Assembly (NCBI GenBank): GCA_029717555.1
Contig: JAMDHS010000004.1
Coordinates: forward strand, 434,001 to 478,965
Direction: 5' to 3'
Source of the DNA: Peribolospora baueri
Lineage: Eukaryota
Length of the DNA stretch: 44,965 nucleotides
Below, piece after piece: positions 13,408 through 23,657 of this stretch; within the stretch, counting starts at the first letter, position 1; each line of letters begins with the position of its first letter. The notes beneath the pieces were generated by a model. The model saw nothing but the letters and a program-made list of their open reading frames with translations, was not told the origin of the DNA and ran no database searches. The translations under genes and the position numbers were made by a program.

Positions 13408-13996
13408 TCATCGCCGCGGCTCCTCCTCCGCAAAACCATCCCGCGTGGCCGCACGCTTCCTGAACTCCTCCACCCCGCTGGGCGTTAATGTCGGGGAAGA
13501 CGTACGTTCTCCAACGAGAGCTCCAGCCCCACTTTGCTGATCCGAAAGCAGCGGACGCGGAGGCAACGTACGCTGAGGCTCATGGAGGACCACTGCAGAT
13601 GAGGCAATGAGGGACAAATGGAACCATACCGCCAGACATATAGAGGCAAATAAAGAGGGGATGTAACTCACTTCGTTTGTACAGGACATCTTAATGAAGG
13701 CGAGAAAAACCGGAAGAAGATGTCGTTCTGTCACCCGTCGCAACCTTTCAGGTCACACAACAATGGACACGGTCGGCGACTCACAAGTTGTGGCAACCAA
13801 AAGGGGGAAGGATACCATGATCGTCTGCCGAACCAAAGAGGGGGGGAAGCCGAAGAATGCATCAGAAGCCCGTAGAAAGAACGACCGAAGGCACGCCCAC
13901 TCAGCTCGGCTCGGCAGCCTGCTCGAATAGAACTGGCCCAATGAAAATGCTCACCCGAAGACGCCGTTGATCTGGCGTGAGCTGGGGTCGAGGCAT
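13408..13996 (-). CDS. Small single-pass membrane protein, 94 aa, 4 exons (13996-13955, 13824-13785, 13689-13672, 13592-13408)
   Basis: All three introns are GTGAG...AG and the phases join into MPRPQLTPDQRRLRTIMVSFPLLVATTYVLYKRMVLHEPQRTLPP...EEEPRR*. One hydrophobic helix flanked by basic residues. Confidence 0.75.
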
Positions 13997-14179
13997 GTTG
14001 TCTTCCGGGCCCAAGGCGATGTGCTCGTCGTTCAGCGAGCGGTCTGGGCAGAGCTGAGCTGAGCGGCAACGAAGGTAGGCGATTAAGAAGAGTTGATCGG
14101 AAAGCACGTGGCAAAGCCGGTATCGCGGGCGTGCAACAGACGCTCTCCTCGTCCGTCCACCAAAGCCACGTCGTAGGCC

Positions 14180-15374
14180 ATGACGAGCCAAGAGGAGGCA
14201 TTCAATCAGTTCGATCTGTTTGACTGGCACGATCCCGAGTTTCAGGTGGGTTTGCATTTTTGGCCTTCGGTCCAGTGAGTTGAGGATGGCCGAGGGACTA
14301 CGGCTTGGCTTCGGCGTGTGTCGCCGTGTATGATGTGGTCCGAGCCTGGTCCGACTCGCTCAAGACGAGCGTGGTTGAGGTATGGCTGACAAGCGGTTAG
14401 GTATGCTTTTTTCGAATGTTTCAACGGAAACATAGGCCGGCCTCGCGGCCATCATTCGTCCCCTCATAGAGCAAGGAGGCACTCGCGAGGCCGTGGAAGA
14501 GACGACGCAAAAGGCCAAGGCGTTCTACTTCTCTTCGAAGTAAGTAACAGCGCACGAATGGACGAGATGGTCGTACCCTCTCCGCCGACCTCGACTGACT
14601 CGACCATGTCATTGACTCGATCCCGCCGTTCAGAACAGGGCTGCAAATATCCTACCCAGATTACATTGAATGGAAAAAGAATCATCCCGATTCCAGCTCC
14701 AGGACGGCGCCCTCCCGCTGCAACGCCGCGACCACCAGTGCCCCACCATTAGGTTCACGGGTTGGGCATGAGGACGCAGTCGACGTGAGCGGAGAGCAAA
14801 CTGCGAGTACCGCCTCGGATCTCAACGTACCTCCTCCCACGATCTTTCCAGCCGAGTCCGCATCGTCGTCCGGCGCAGCAGCATTGCCGGCGGGCACGCC
14901 GTCCGAACCCGGATCGGCGAGTGGAGCGACGGAAGCGGGACCCACAAATCCACCCTCCTTCGATGCGATCGTCGAGCTGATCACCAAAGGCCAGACGGAC
15001 AAGATTCCCGGTATACGGGAGATCCCCCTTAAAGTAAGACGTTATTGGCCCTGGCGGGTGTTGGTAACGGCAGTGGCTTACCATTTGTTTGTGTGTGTAT
15101 ATGTGTTTGTCCTTCCCTTCCGCTCTACCCATCGCCCCAGATCAACGAAGCGCCTCCGACGACGTCTACGCTTTCCGTCCGACCGAAGCCATGGGAGCAA
15201 GGGACCAACGCCGTCGCAGTCACAGATGACGAGAGCGCAATACTGCAAGCGGGCGTTGGGGCCTCGGGACAGCCTGCGATCTCTACCTCTGTTACCTCTT
15301 CTGCTGCCCTCTCAGCACCAACTGCTCCAGAAGATGGGGGCAAGGGAGACGATGAAAACCTCGAAGAGCGATAG
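14180..15374 (+). CDS. PEX39: PEX39-like (C6orf226/DUF5572 family) peroxisomal PTS2 import factor; exons 14180-14245, 14436-14539, 14634-15033, 15141-15374
   Basis: Spliced MTSQEEAFNQFDLFDWHDPEFQ|AGLAAII...KAKAFYFSSK|TGLQISYPDYIEWKK...PPSFDAIVELITKGQTDKIPGIREIPLK|INEAPP..RPKPWE. Shows the N-terminal FD-x-FD/EFQ-x-GL motif, the helix-loop-helix IPGI block and the KPWE motif. Confidence 0.85.
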
Positions 15375-15534
15375 TGTCGGGTTATAAACGTACGTTGCAT
15401 GCAGCGCGGAATTCAGCCTCACCAATCCCAGTCGCAGTTGATCGAGTCCAGTCGAGAACAGTGAATTCGAGTGCGAAAAGGTGACGTTACACGACAGTGC
15501 GGCAAAATTCAGCAACTTCTTCAATTGACGTGCT

Positions 15535-18500
15535 TCAATTGGCGCGCTCGTCGATCCCATCCATTTCAACAGACCCTTCGGATTCAGAGTCATAGTCCAC
15601 CCCGGGGTGGCCACTTGAGAAAGTATTTGACCCAAAACCAAGTTGTGTGAGCTGCCAAATGGTGTCTTCCAAACACTCCTTCCGACGCTGGAGTCCCTGA
15701 CGCTGTTGCGCCGTCAAAGCGTCTTCAGCTAGGTATTTGGACGTTGTCTTTTCACCCTCTGGGGCGAAGACGCCGAGAGCGGTGGGCAGCTCGATCACGA
15801 TGCGCTTGGGCAACTGCCGCACAAAGTCATGGAGGAGGAACAAGGGGACTTTGTCGACAATGCGCTAAGAGGCAAGGAGACGACGAACATCGGTGAGCTC
15901 CCATGCGAGCGTCTGGCTACCGCAACGGCGATCAAGAAGGGCAAATTCACCTTCAAGGCGACATGACAGTACGCGGCCACTTCCGCGCTTATTTTTAAAT
16001 TATGCTCCATTGCTGGTGGAAAACTAAAGGGAAAATAGGGAGAGACCACGCACTTTCAGAAAATATCTTCCAGCGACGGTCTTTCCGTTTTTCGTTCCCA
16101 AGCACTCACTCGAATCTTGGACGCAGAGGCTGGCGAGCAGCGTCGTTCGCCTTTTCGTTACTAACTTTGCACTTATGCAGGCTCTCCTCGTCCATCGTGA
16201 AAATGGTTGCCTCGCGAGCTGCATTATTTTCAAGGGCTTCCAAAATCTCTTTGCTTAACTTGCCAATTTCAGTCACCACTATGCCACTGTCCAAGAAAGA
16301 CAAACAGCAAGGAGTAAGCGACGCACTTCGACTCGCTTCCATCGCTCTCGCGAACATGGGTTCGCCTACCGCCTGTTCAGAGCTCCTGCAAGTGGCGCGG
16401 ACGCAGGGTGACAATTCACATGCACTGGAGACTCACATCGCCTTGGTTTTGAGAGCCTCGAATCGTCCAAATACGATGTTGATCACGTCCACCGTGACTC
16501 GCTCCACCGCCTTCTTGACCTCATTGAACGTCTGACCAGTCTGCGAAGACCGTCCAGGCTCTCTGCGACGAGCTGCTCCTTCACGTCATAGGGGACGTTT
16601 CCGGGAAGCTCCAGGCCAATGGTTCTAATGGAATGGAAAAGCGCGCCCACGAGCTCATTAAGCAAGTTGAGAACACGATTCAACGTAGAGGCATCACACT
16701 CCAGGCCAGGAGACCCACCGTCGAACATGCGCATCTACGTCGTCCAAATCCAACTCGAGCGACGGGCGCACCTTGGGTGGGATGTTCGCATGCTTCCAGT
16801 TTTTCATCGTGTCGGGAGATTCTTTAATTTCCTTTTTAGTGAACGGATAGAAGATGGGAGCGGTGGCCCTGGTTTGTTTGTAGGAGACGGATGTGAATTG
16901 GATGAGATGCAAGTAGCAGAAGCGGCAACCGAGAGGTTACGATAAATGACCAAGGTTGCTCACAAGATGTTCGACTTGAACCTCTCGAAACACTTCTTAC
17001 GAAGGTGGCGAAGAAGTTCCTTCTCTCCAGGTGCCCCTTGCACCCTCTTTTCCAGCTCCGACACGAAGGTGTTGCACCTGTTCGAGATGTATGCCACCGC
17101 ATTCGCAGTCACTGCCTCGGGCATGACCGACAGTTCTTTTAACGTTGTCTCTCTCAGGTCGCCGACTTCCCTGGAGAGTGTAGGAAGGCTGATCAGCAGA
17201 TGGCATAAAGAAAAAGCGACATTCCGTCAGTGTCCGGGACAGACGCGTGTCATACCGCACCGAACCTGCGTCGCACCGCGCACCGGACCTCGTAGAGACT
17301 CACGAATGCCGGATCGTCTCGGACAACCGGACACTAAGAACATCGACGAGGTTGTCCGTTCCGCAACGGCGGCGGAGCGACAGCGGCAGAGTGGACCAGG
17401 GGGCCTGGCTCTGGAAGAAGCCGCGCTCGTTCTCCCGCGCTTCCTCTGCCCCCATGCCGTTCTTTAGGCCCTCCGTGGTAGGATTCTGCAAAAAAGGGAA
17501 TAAATAGAAGTTCAGTACGTCGGGGACGATATCACGCTCCCTTCTCCGTTACTCACCATGACAACGAAATATCCATGCTTAAGACAGTGCTTCTCTCCTC
17601 TCAGGATCTTCACCCAGGGTGCTTCTTCTCCCTTTTGAATGAGGTCGGGCTTGGTGAGGACGCCTGAACGAAGGGAAGGGTAGCATGCAACGTCAGTCAT
17701 TCCTCCTCAAGATCGTTCCACCCCGGTTGCCCTTTTGGCTTGGCGGCTTGGACTCGGGACCCACCGATAGTGCGACGCCAAAGGGATCGATGTCTCTGGC
17801 CAAGCTGCTCGCGCCTTGTTTTCGATGTCGTCTGCAAGACGAAGGCCGAGTGAAAAAAAATTTAAAAGAGAGGTGAGGATAGCAACGAGGGCACAGCTTC
17901 GAGTCGAAAGAACTGACCGATCATGGTCATCGCAACGAGAATAAGACAATTCTGCATCTTGATCGTTTTCTTTGCCAGTGAACGGATGAGATCCGCATCA
18001 CCCCGATTCTTCTCCATCTCCACGTGCTGTATGATCCCTAGAACGCGCGAGCGTAAGAGCGTGACACTCTCAGTATGATGTTGCCAGGACTTGCATGTTT
18101 ACTGGGCTCACCAGGCAGGTCGACGAAGCTAAGATGGGGGACTTGAGGGCCAGTAACGGTCACGCAAACCAGATTCTTGGAGGAGAAGGACAGCGACTTG
18201 TCACTGCTCGCCGAAAGGTCGCGGGTCCCATCTAAGAAGACCTGCGGGTCCATCTGAGGGTTGAGAATGGCCAGCTGGGCACTCCGAAACCTGTCTTCCA
18301 CCTGCTGGAGGTCGCTGAAGGGCTCGCCAAAGGCTCTCTCGACCGGCTTTTGCAAAGTTCGACCGTCGTCATTGTACTCGAACCTAAGGGAAACTTGGCA
18401 CGTCCAGGGGCCCGAAGAGCGCGCAAGCCTGCATTCCGTCGGGCAACGGGTGCAGGTGCTGTTTGCGCGGGGAAGCTTAATCTAGTCGAAAACAAGCGAT

Positions 18501-18870
18501 GCGGAATAGACCGTTACAGCTGACAGGTCCAGGAGACTAGGCAGATACGCGAGAGCGGCTTACGCCGGAGATGGCCTCGATGACCGAACTTTTGCCCACG
18601 CCCTGGTTGCCAATGATGGTGACGCGGGGAAGGTCCACGTCGAGCTGGAGTCCTGCAGTGCGAAGCTGAGTGGAGAGGCGTCGTGTCCAAATGAAGAGTC
18701 CTGAACGACAGCGATGAAGAGGAGACCTTGTTGACGAGCTGTATGAGCTCGGAGTCTTCCCTCGCATAGGTGCTACCGCCGATGCACTCACGGTCACCGT
18801 CGTCAAGGCAGAATCTACCTGCGGGCCTCTGTTTGCTCCTTCTCTTTTCACCTTCTGCGGCCGACGCCAT
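15535..18870 (-). pseudogene. Mx-like/dynamin-family GTPase gene with apparent frameshifts
   Basis: LPRVTIIGNQGVGKSSVIEAISG (G1), TCTRCPTE (G2), FVDLPG (G3), GVLTKPD (G4), LKHGYFVV, GLELPGNVPY and a GED (AYCHVALK|RIVDKVP). The conserved frame needs two 1-nt insertions in the exon at about 17765-17831 and another shift at about 16535-16560. Confidence 0.8.
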
Positions 18871-20768
18871 CTCGCTTGTGCAGACTGAAGGTTAGAGAGA
18901 TTGAGGATGAGGATCGAAAGAAGGTCGAAGAGAACGAGACGAAGAAGTATGAAGCGTGAGGGTGGAGGGACGTGCTGTTACATGGGGGCCTTTTATCGTG
19001 GAATCAAAGCCCGCGCCCCTCAGACAGTTTTTCATCATGAAAGATCGGAGAAGCCCATGGCCCACGCAAACAAGTTGTCCATAGAAAGTGAGCTTGGAGT
19101 TTAAACGCCAGCGCTCCAATCAGCTGCTGCATCCCTTAGCTCGCGGTTTTTGGGCAGCACCGATCGAGTGGATTAGAGGCTGCTGGTGCTGCTTCGATCG
19201 CCGGGGCAGGCTGAACGTCGTCGACTGAAGCAAGTTGATTATACCCGAGCTCCCTCTACGTCTCCTGCTCTCCAACGACGTTGTGCCTCCGTCTCCGTAG
19301 GAGGTCGACAAGAAGGAGATGATGGTACACGTCTGAATGACGGATTCATGACCGAGGAGACGGAGAGGTCTTCCGAGCATCCTCCGAACTTGCCCATACG
19401 GGGGCTTGGGCCTCTTCTCCGGACGTAGTCCTCTACCGTACCAGAGTTGGGTCGAAGTCCAAGCAGCAATGAATGAGTATTGGCGCAGCACGACGTATTA
19501 CACCGTACCTGGACGGACGGACGGACGGACGAGACAAACGCGAGAGTTTGAACCCACCTGGACCTGGTGTACGTAGGCCGCTCTCCGCGCGGATTCCTGA
19601 CGCTGCATGTCGACCTTGCGCTGAAGATCTGGGGACAGTCTCTTCCGATACCGCGGAAAGGAGAGAAGGGGACGAGTGATGTCCGGGGATCAGACCTACC
19701 GTCCGTATCCTCTCAGCACGGCACTGGAGAGCTCTTCTCACATCGTAGAACTCCTTCTCTGTCGGGGTGGTCGCTGGGAGGGCGCGGAGCCGGAGCCAGA
19801 GAGGGGCGGTGAATGAGTCTGCTTAGCGGCAGCAGCAGCGGGGAGCCACGCCAAAAGAGGTGAATGGTGGCGCAAGAGTCCATCCTGTGCTCACTCTTCA
19901 TGATACCATAGCCAGCGGCCACGACTGATCATCCGTCCATTTGATGACAGGCACGACGGGGAGGTCGACTGATCAGTAACGGGCCGGCCTCCTTTCAGCG
20001 TACGAGCAGCCAAGGTCACCGGAAGACACCCACCAGCGCCGCCCCAGATGAGAGCGCGGGCCATACGGGGGATCGACTTGCTCATAGTTACGTAAATGCT
20101 GTGATAGGAGTTGTTCTGGGTGACGTTGGTCGGTCGTAGCGGAAGACGGTCCGTTGCTGATGCCATAAGCAGCTGCGGCCGGCAAGCCTTCCTTCCTCCC
20201 TCAAATGGAAGCTGCCTCTCGATGAATCAATCCTTCCACCATCCGCCCGTTTTCTGGACCTGGCGTTTAAATCTGCGCACGACTCTCAAAAGGTCATGAG
20301 CTATGTGCCGACATCGTCTGTCCATCCTGCCTAGACAAAACTCGGTGACTTCGACCGTTTCGCCTTCAAACCCACTCAAGCGCCCCTCAGCGGCAAGTGG
20401 AACCTTGCGTCTTTCTTTTCTCTGCCAGAGCAAGATGTCCTGGCCCGCGTCCAGGTGCTCTCGTCTTCGACGTCTTACAAGCTTTTGTTTCATATCCTCG
20501 CACCAATCTTACTCGACGATCACACCGTCTCCAGCCCATCCCAGTCCAGCCTCCCCCTCCTCATACACCTCCTTGACACCGAGGGATATAAGCGTCCGGA
20601 TAGTCAATGCTCAGATGAAGCTTATTGCGCCATGTCCACTGCACGATGAGGAACGGGGCACGCGGGAGAAGGCTAAGTGTTATCATGGACCTCGGCGCCG
20701 GGGGGTATCGTCATGTCCGAAATAATGCCCGCCTGGAGGTGGAAATGGGAAAACCAAGGCTCAGCTAG

Positions 20769-21224
20769 TCCGAAGGCGGCGACAACCACGCCTCTTCCCA
20801 CTTCTTCCAAGGTCTTCGCAAGATCACCGAGAAGCACGGCGTGTTCATGATCGTCGACGAGGTCCAGACCGGCGTCGGAGGCACCGGCAGGTTCTGGGCG
20901 CACGAGAAGTGGAACTTGGAGGTGCGCATTTCCTTTTCTTTCCCCGCCGCCTTCAAAGGCTGACCCCACCGTCTCTTTCCGGCTTTTAGACGCCTCCCGA
21001 TTTCGTCACCTTTTCCAAGAAGATGCAGGCCGCCGGCTTCTACCACAACATCGAGACAGGCTGCCATACCGAAAGTGAGCGGATCGACGAGTGCCAACCT
21101 GTCCGTCGTCTCGCCCCGAGCATACTTACACCCGCCTCTCCTTCTCGCACAGCTACAACACCTGGCTCGGTGACCCGGTCCGAGCCCTCCAGGCGCGCGA
21201 GGTCATCCGCGTGATCGAGCGAGA
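20769..21224 (+). pseudogene. UGA1: Internal fragment of 4-aminobutyrate (GABA) aminotransferase gene with introns retained
   Basis: [70 protein letters not shown]..(frameshift)..LPYRN|YNTWLGDPVRALQAREVIRVIE. Introns 20922-20989 and 21075-21152. No 5' or 3' exons found nearby. Confidence 0.9.
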
Positions 21225-21339
21225 CTTCTTTCGATATAGCTTTGTTGTCTGTCATCTCCCAACCCTCTGACACCTGTCTACTTTTTCATACCTGTGCAGC
21301 TAATTTGCCATCACTTCTCCCCAGTTTTTGACATTCCAT

Positions 21340-22005
21340 GCCTGAGGCTTGGTATTTTTTCTAAATCGTCCTCTTCGCCCGGCCACTTGCGTCGATATGG
21401 ACGACAATCGTTGGGAGCCTGCTCTTCTTCAATCGACGACGCCTTTCAACTTCCGTCGTGTCTTCACGCACCTTGCGGAGCTATATGGGAGGCCGGTTTC
21501 CTCAAGGACCCCAACGCCGACACGTCGACAGCCGACGTCGCCATCGTTTGGCCTGTGTTCGCCGCCAGGTTGTCCGTCGACCGCCATTACAGAGTACGCT
21601 TTAACTTTCTCCAGAAGGGCGTACTCACTCATGACTTGGAATGGCAGTTTACAGCTCGCCTCCGGACTATGGGGCGCTCGGACGTTCATGAGGAACAACC
21701 ACGCGAGGGGACCAATCATCAACCGCTGAAGCGTCAGGCAAACGAGAGGGAAGATTGGCATTCTCATCACTGGCAACGTCAGCTCGGGGAAAGTATACGA
21801 CCCTTTGCATGTCCAACTCCTCCTCAGAAGTCAAATCAGACCAACTACCCTCCCCCGAATCAACACCGTTATCCAAAATATCAGCGACTTCAGCCCTGTA
21901 GTCAGCATCGACGACAGGAGCAGAACAAAAAAGGGTATTACGAGCCCTTTCAAACGGTTCAGGGTAACCAGCCTGAACGTTCTCCAAAGCCACGAAATGA
22001 CATAG
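21340..22005 (+). pseudogene. C-terminal remnant (motifs V-VI) of an origin-binding-type SF2 helicase
   Basis: FLKDPNADTSTADVAIVWPVFAARLSVDRHY...GVLTHDLEWQFTARLR resembles the FxxNPN..DxxIxSP...GxS...HF...Q..xRxR block of UL9/CyRepA1-like helicases. Degenerate; boundaries approximate. Confidence 0.55.
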
Positions 22006-22526
22006 GACCCAAAGGCTCTTCATATCATCATTGGACTTGATTATCGCTAAGTCGGTGGTCAGAAGGTTTGGTTCACCCGCTGTACGTGATCGTAATTTGG
22101 CGGCTATGAAGAGCACCCAAAAAGGCTCTGAAGAGCACCCTGAAGAGCACCCAAAGGCTCTTCATAGCCGCCAAATTACGATCACGTACAGCGGGTGAAC
22201 CAAACCTTCTGACCACCGACTTAGCGATAATCAAGTCCAATGATGATATGAAGAGCCTTTGGGTCCTATGTCATTTCGTGGCTTTGGAGAACGTTCAGGC
22301 TGGTTACCCTGAACCGTTTGAAAGGGCTCGTAATACCCTTTTTTGTTCTGCTCCTGTCGTCGATGCTGACTACAGGGCTGAAGTCGCTGATATTTTGGAT
22401 AACGGTGTTGATTCGGGGGAGGGTAGTTGGTCTGATTTGACTTCTGAGGAGGAGTTGGACATGCAAAGGGTCGTATACTTTCCCCGAGCTGACGTTGCCA
22501 GTGATGAGAATGCCAATCTTCCCTCT
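21745..22526. repeat. Long palindrome: 370-bp arms (21745-22114 / 22157-22526) with a 42-bp spacer
   Basis: Arms are reverse complements with no net indel (both end-coordinate pairs sum to 44271). The ORF track gives identical peptides on opposite strands (e.g. 21805..22005 + and 22266..22466 -). Confidence 0.97.
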
Positions 22527-23604
22527 TCATGAACATGCGTTTTCCTGGATCGAGCAAGGTAGCGATGACGCTCTCAACGCGTCCCTTCCAGACTTCCGCC
22601 AGGCTTTATTCCGTCTTGCGAGCCCCGTGCCCGCCGAGATGCACGTAATCCGGAAACTGGTGTCATGTTTGATGTCGCATCGGCCGTCCGAGTTGATTTT
22701 GCTCGTTGCGGACGGCAGTCGGTGTAATGTTAGGGAGCGTGGGATAGTTGAGCGGAAGCGATAGAGTGGATTGATTCGGGTGGTTGTAGGTGGTGAAGGG
22801 CGTCCTCCAGGGATGGCCTGAGTCCCTGTTCTTATATACATGGGGACAGGCTCAGGGGACGACAAAGAGGAGTAAGCGGAAATGATGTGGGATTCTAGTC
22901 TACTGGTCTGGTCATCTCCGCTTGCGTCCGGCCTATGTAACAATCTAAGTGATCCTTCCTCACGTAAGCGTCCGGGACGACGTGAGCACTCAATGAGTGG
23001 ATCACGTGCGCCTGCTGGGCGTGTGTGAACAATGAGGAACACACGTGGGGCGTATTATATGCTATGAACGTATGACCATTTCCGTCCTACGAAACGTCGC
23101 TGCAACGAAGAAGGTCCTGTTGCAGTTGAAACAGTGTACACCGTGAGAGCCGGTGTTCGTCGTAAAGACCCTTGCGGACGCCGAGCCAATGCCCGTCAGC
23201 TGCCGTTCTCTCACCGTCTCGCAGCTGGGACAGTAGGCGCACGCGCCTTCAGGAAGGTCGGCAAAGACGAGCTGGGACTTGGCCTGGCCGTCTTCCATGA
23301 CAAGACAAGAATCGCCGTGTCCCCCAGCAATGAGTACGTCGTTTTGGGTCCGTTTGACCTTCGTTGGAATCAGACCTCCGGCGTGCGCTCGCGCGTCTCT
23401 ATGGATCGGATATCGTTTCGCATCGTGGACGTCGAGAACGAGTGAGGACAAGCTGACACGGCAGGAAGCAGAAATAAAACCGTCTTGAACTCGGTGGCGC
23501 TTTCGGTGTCGGTTCTTGCGAAGATGTATGTATCCTCGCGCCGGCCAAGGATAGAGGTCGCTCGGCCGCACTTCAAAAGGAGAAATGTTGAACGTGAACA
23601 CCAC
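22527..23604 (-). pseudogene. N-terminal remnant of a putative replicase: primase-type Zn ribbon followed by decayed SF2 Walker A/B
   Basis: YCPSCE...SASARVFTTNTGSHGVHCFNCNRTF (23232-23122). ITCISAGTGL[G]KTE* at about 22649-22606 needs a 1-nt insertion and is followed by a stop. D-x-VESVIATLL (about 22583-22550) is Walker B-like. Confidence 0.5.
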
Positions 23605-23657
23605 CTCATTCTGGACGAGAGTCTGTAAGGTTCGGATATCGTTTCACAGCGTGGACG
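23406..23657. repeat. 26-bp imperfect direct repeat pair
   Basis: TCGGATATCGTTTCGCATCGTGGACG (23406-23431) versus TCGGATATCGTTTCACAGCGTGGACG (23632-23657), 2 mismatches. Confidence 0.85.

Noticed and set aside
19100..20271. 12-bp inverted repeat TTTAAACGCCAG / CTGGCGTTTAAA suggesting a TTAA-targeting TIR element
   Set aside because: It does not extend inward, the termini do not match piggyBac or Kolobok consensus, and 12-bp inverted matches are expected by chance in 45 kb.
22107..22152. Short direct repeats as a CRISPR-like array
   Set aside because: 12-bp units without unique regular spacers, eukaryotic context, no cas genes.
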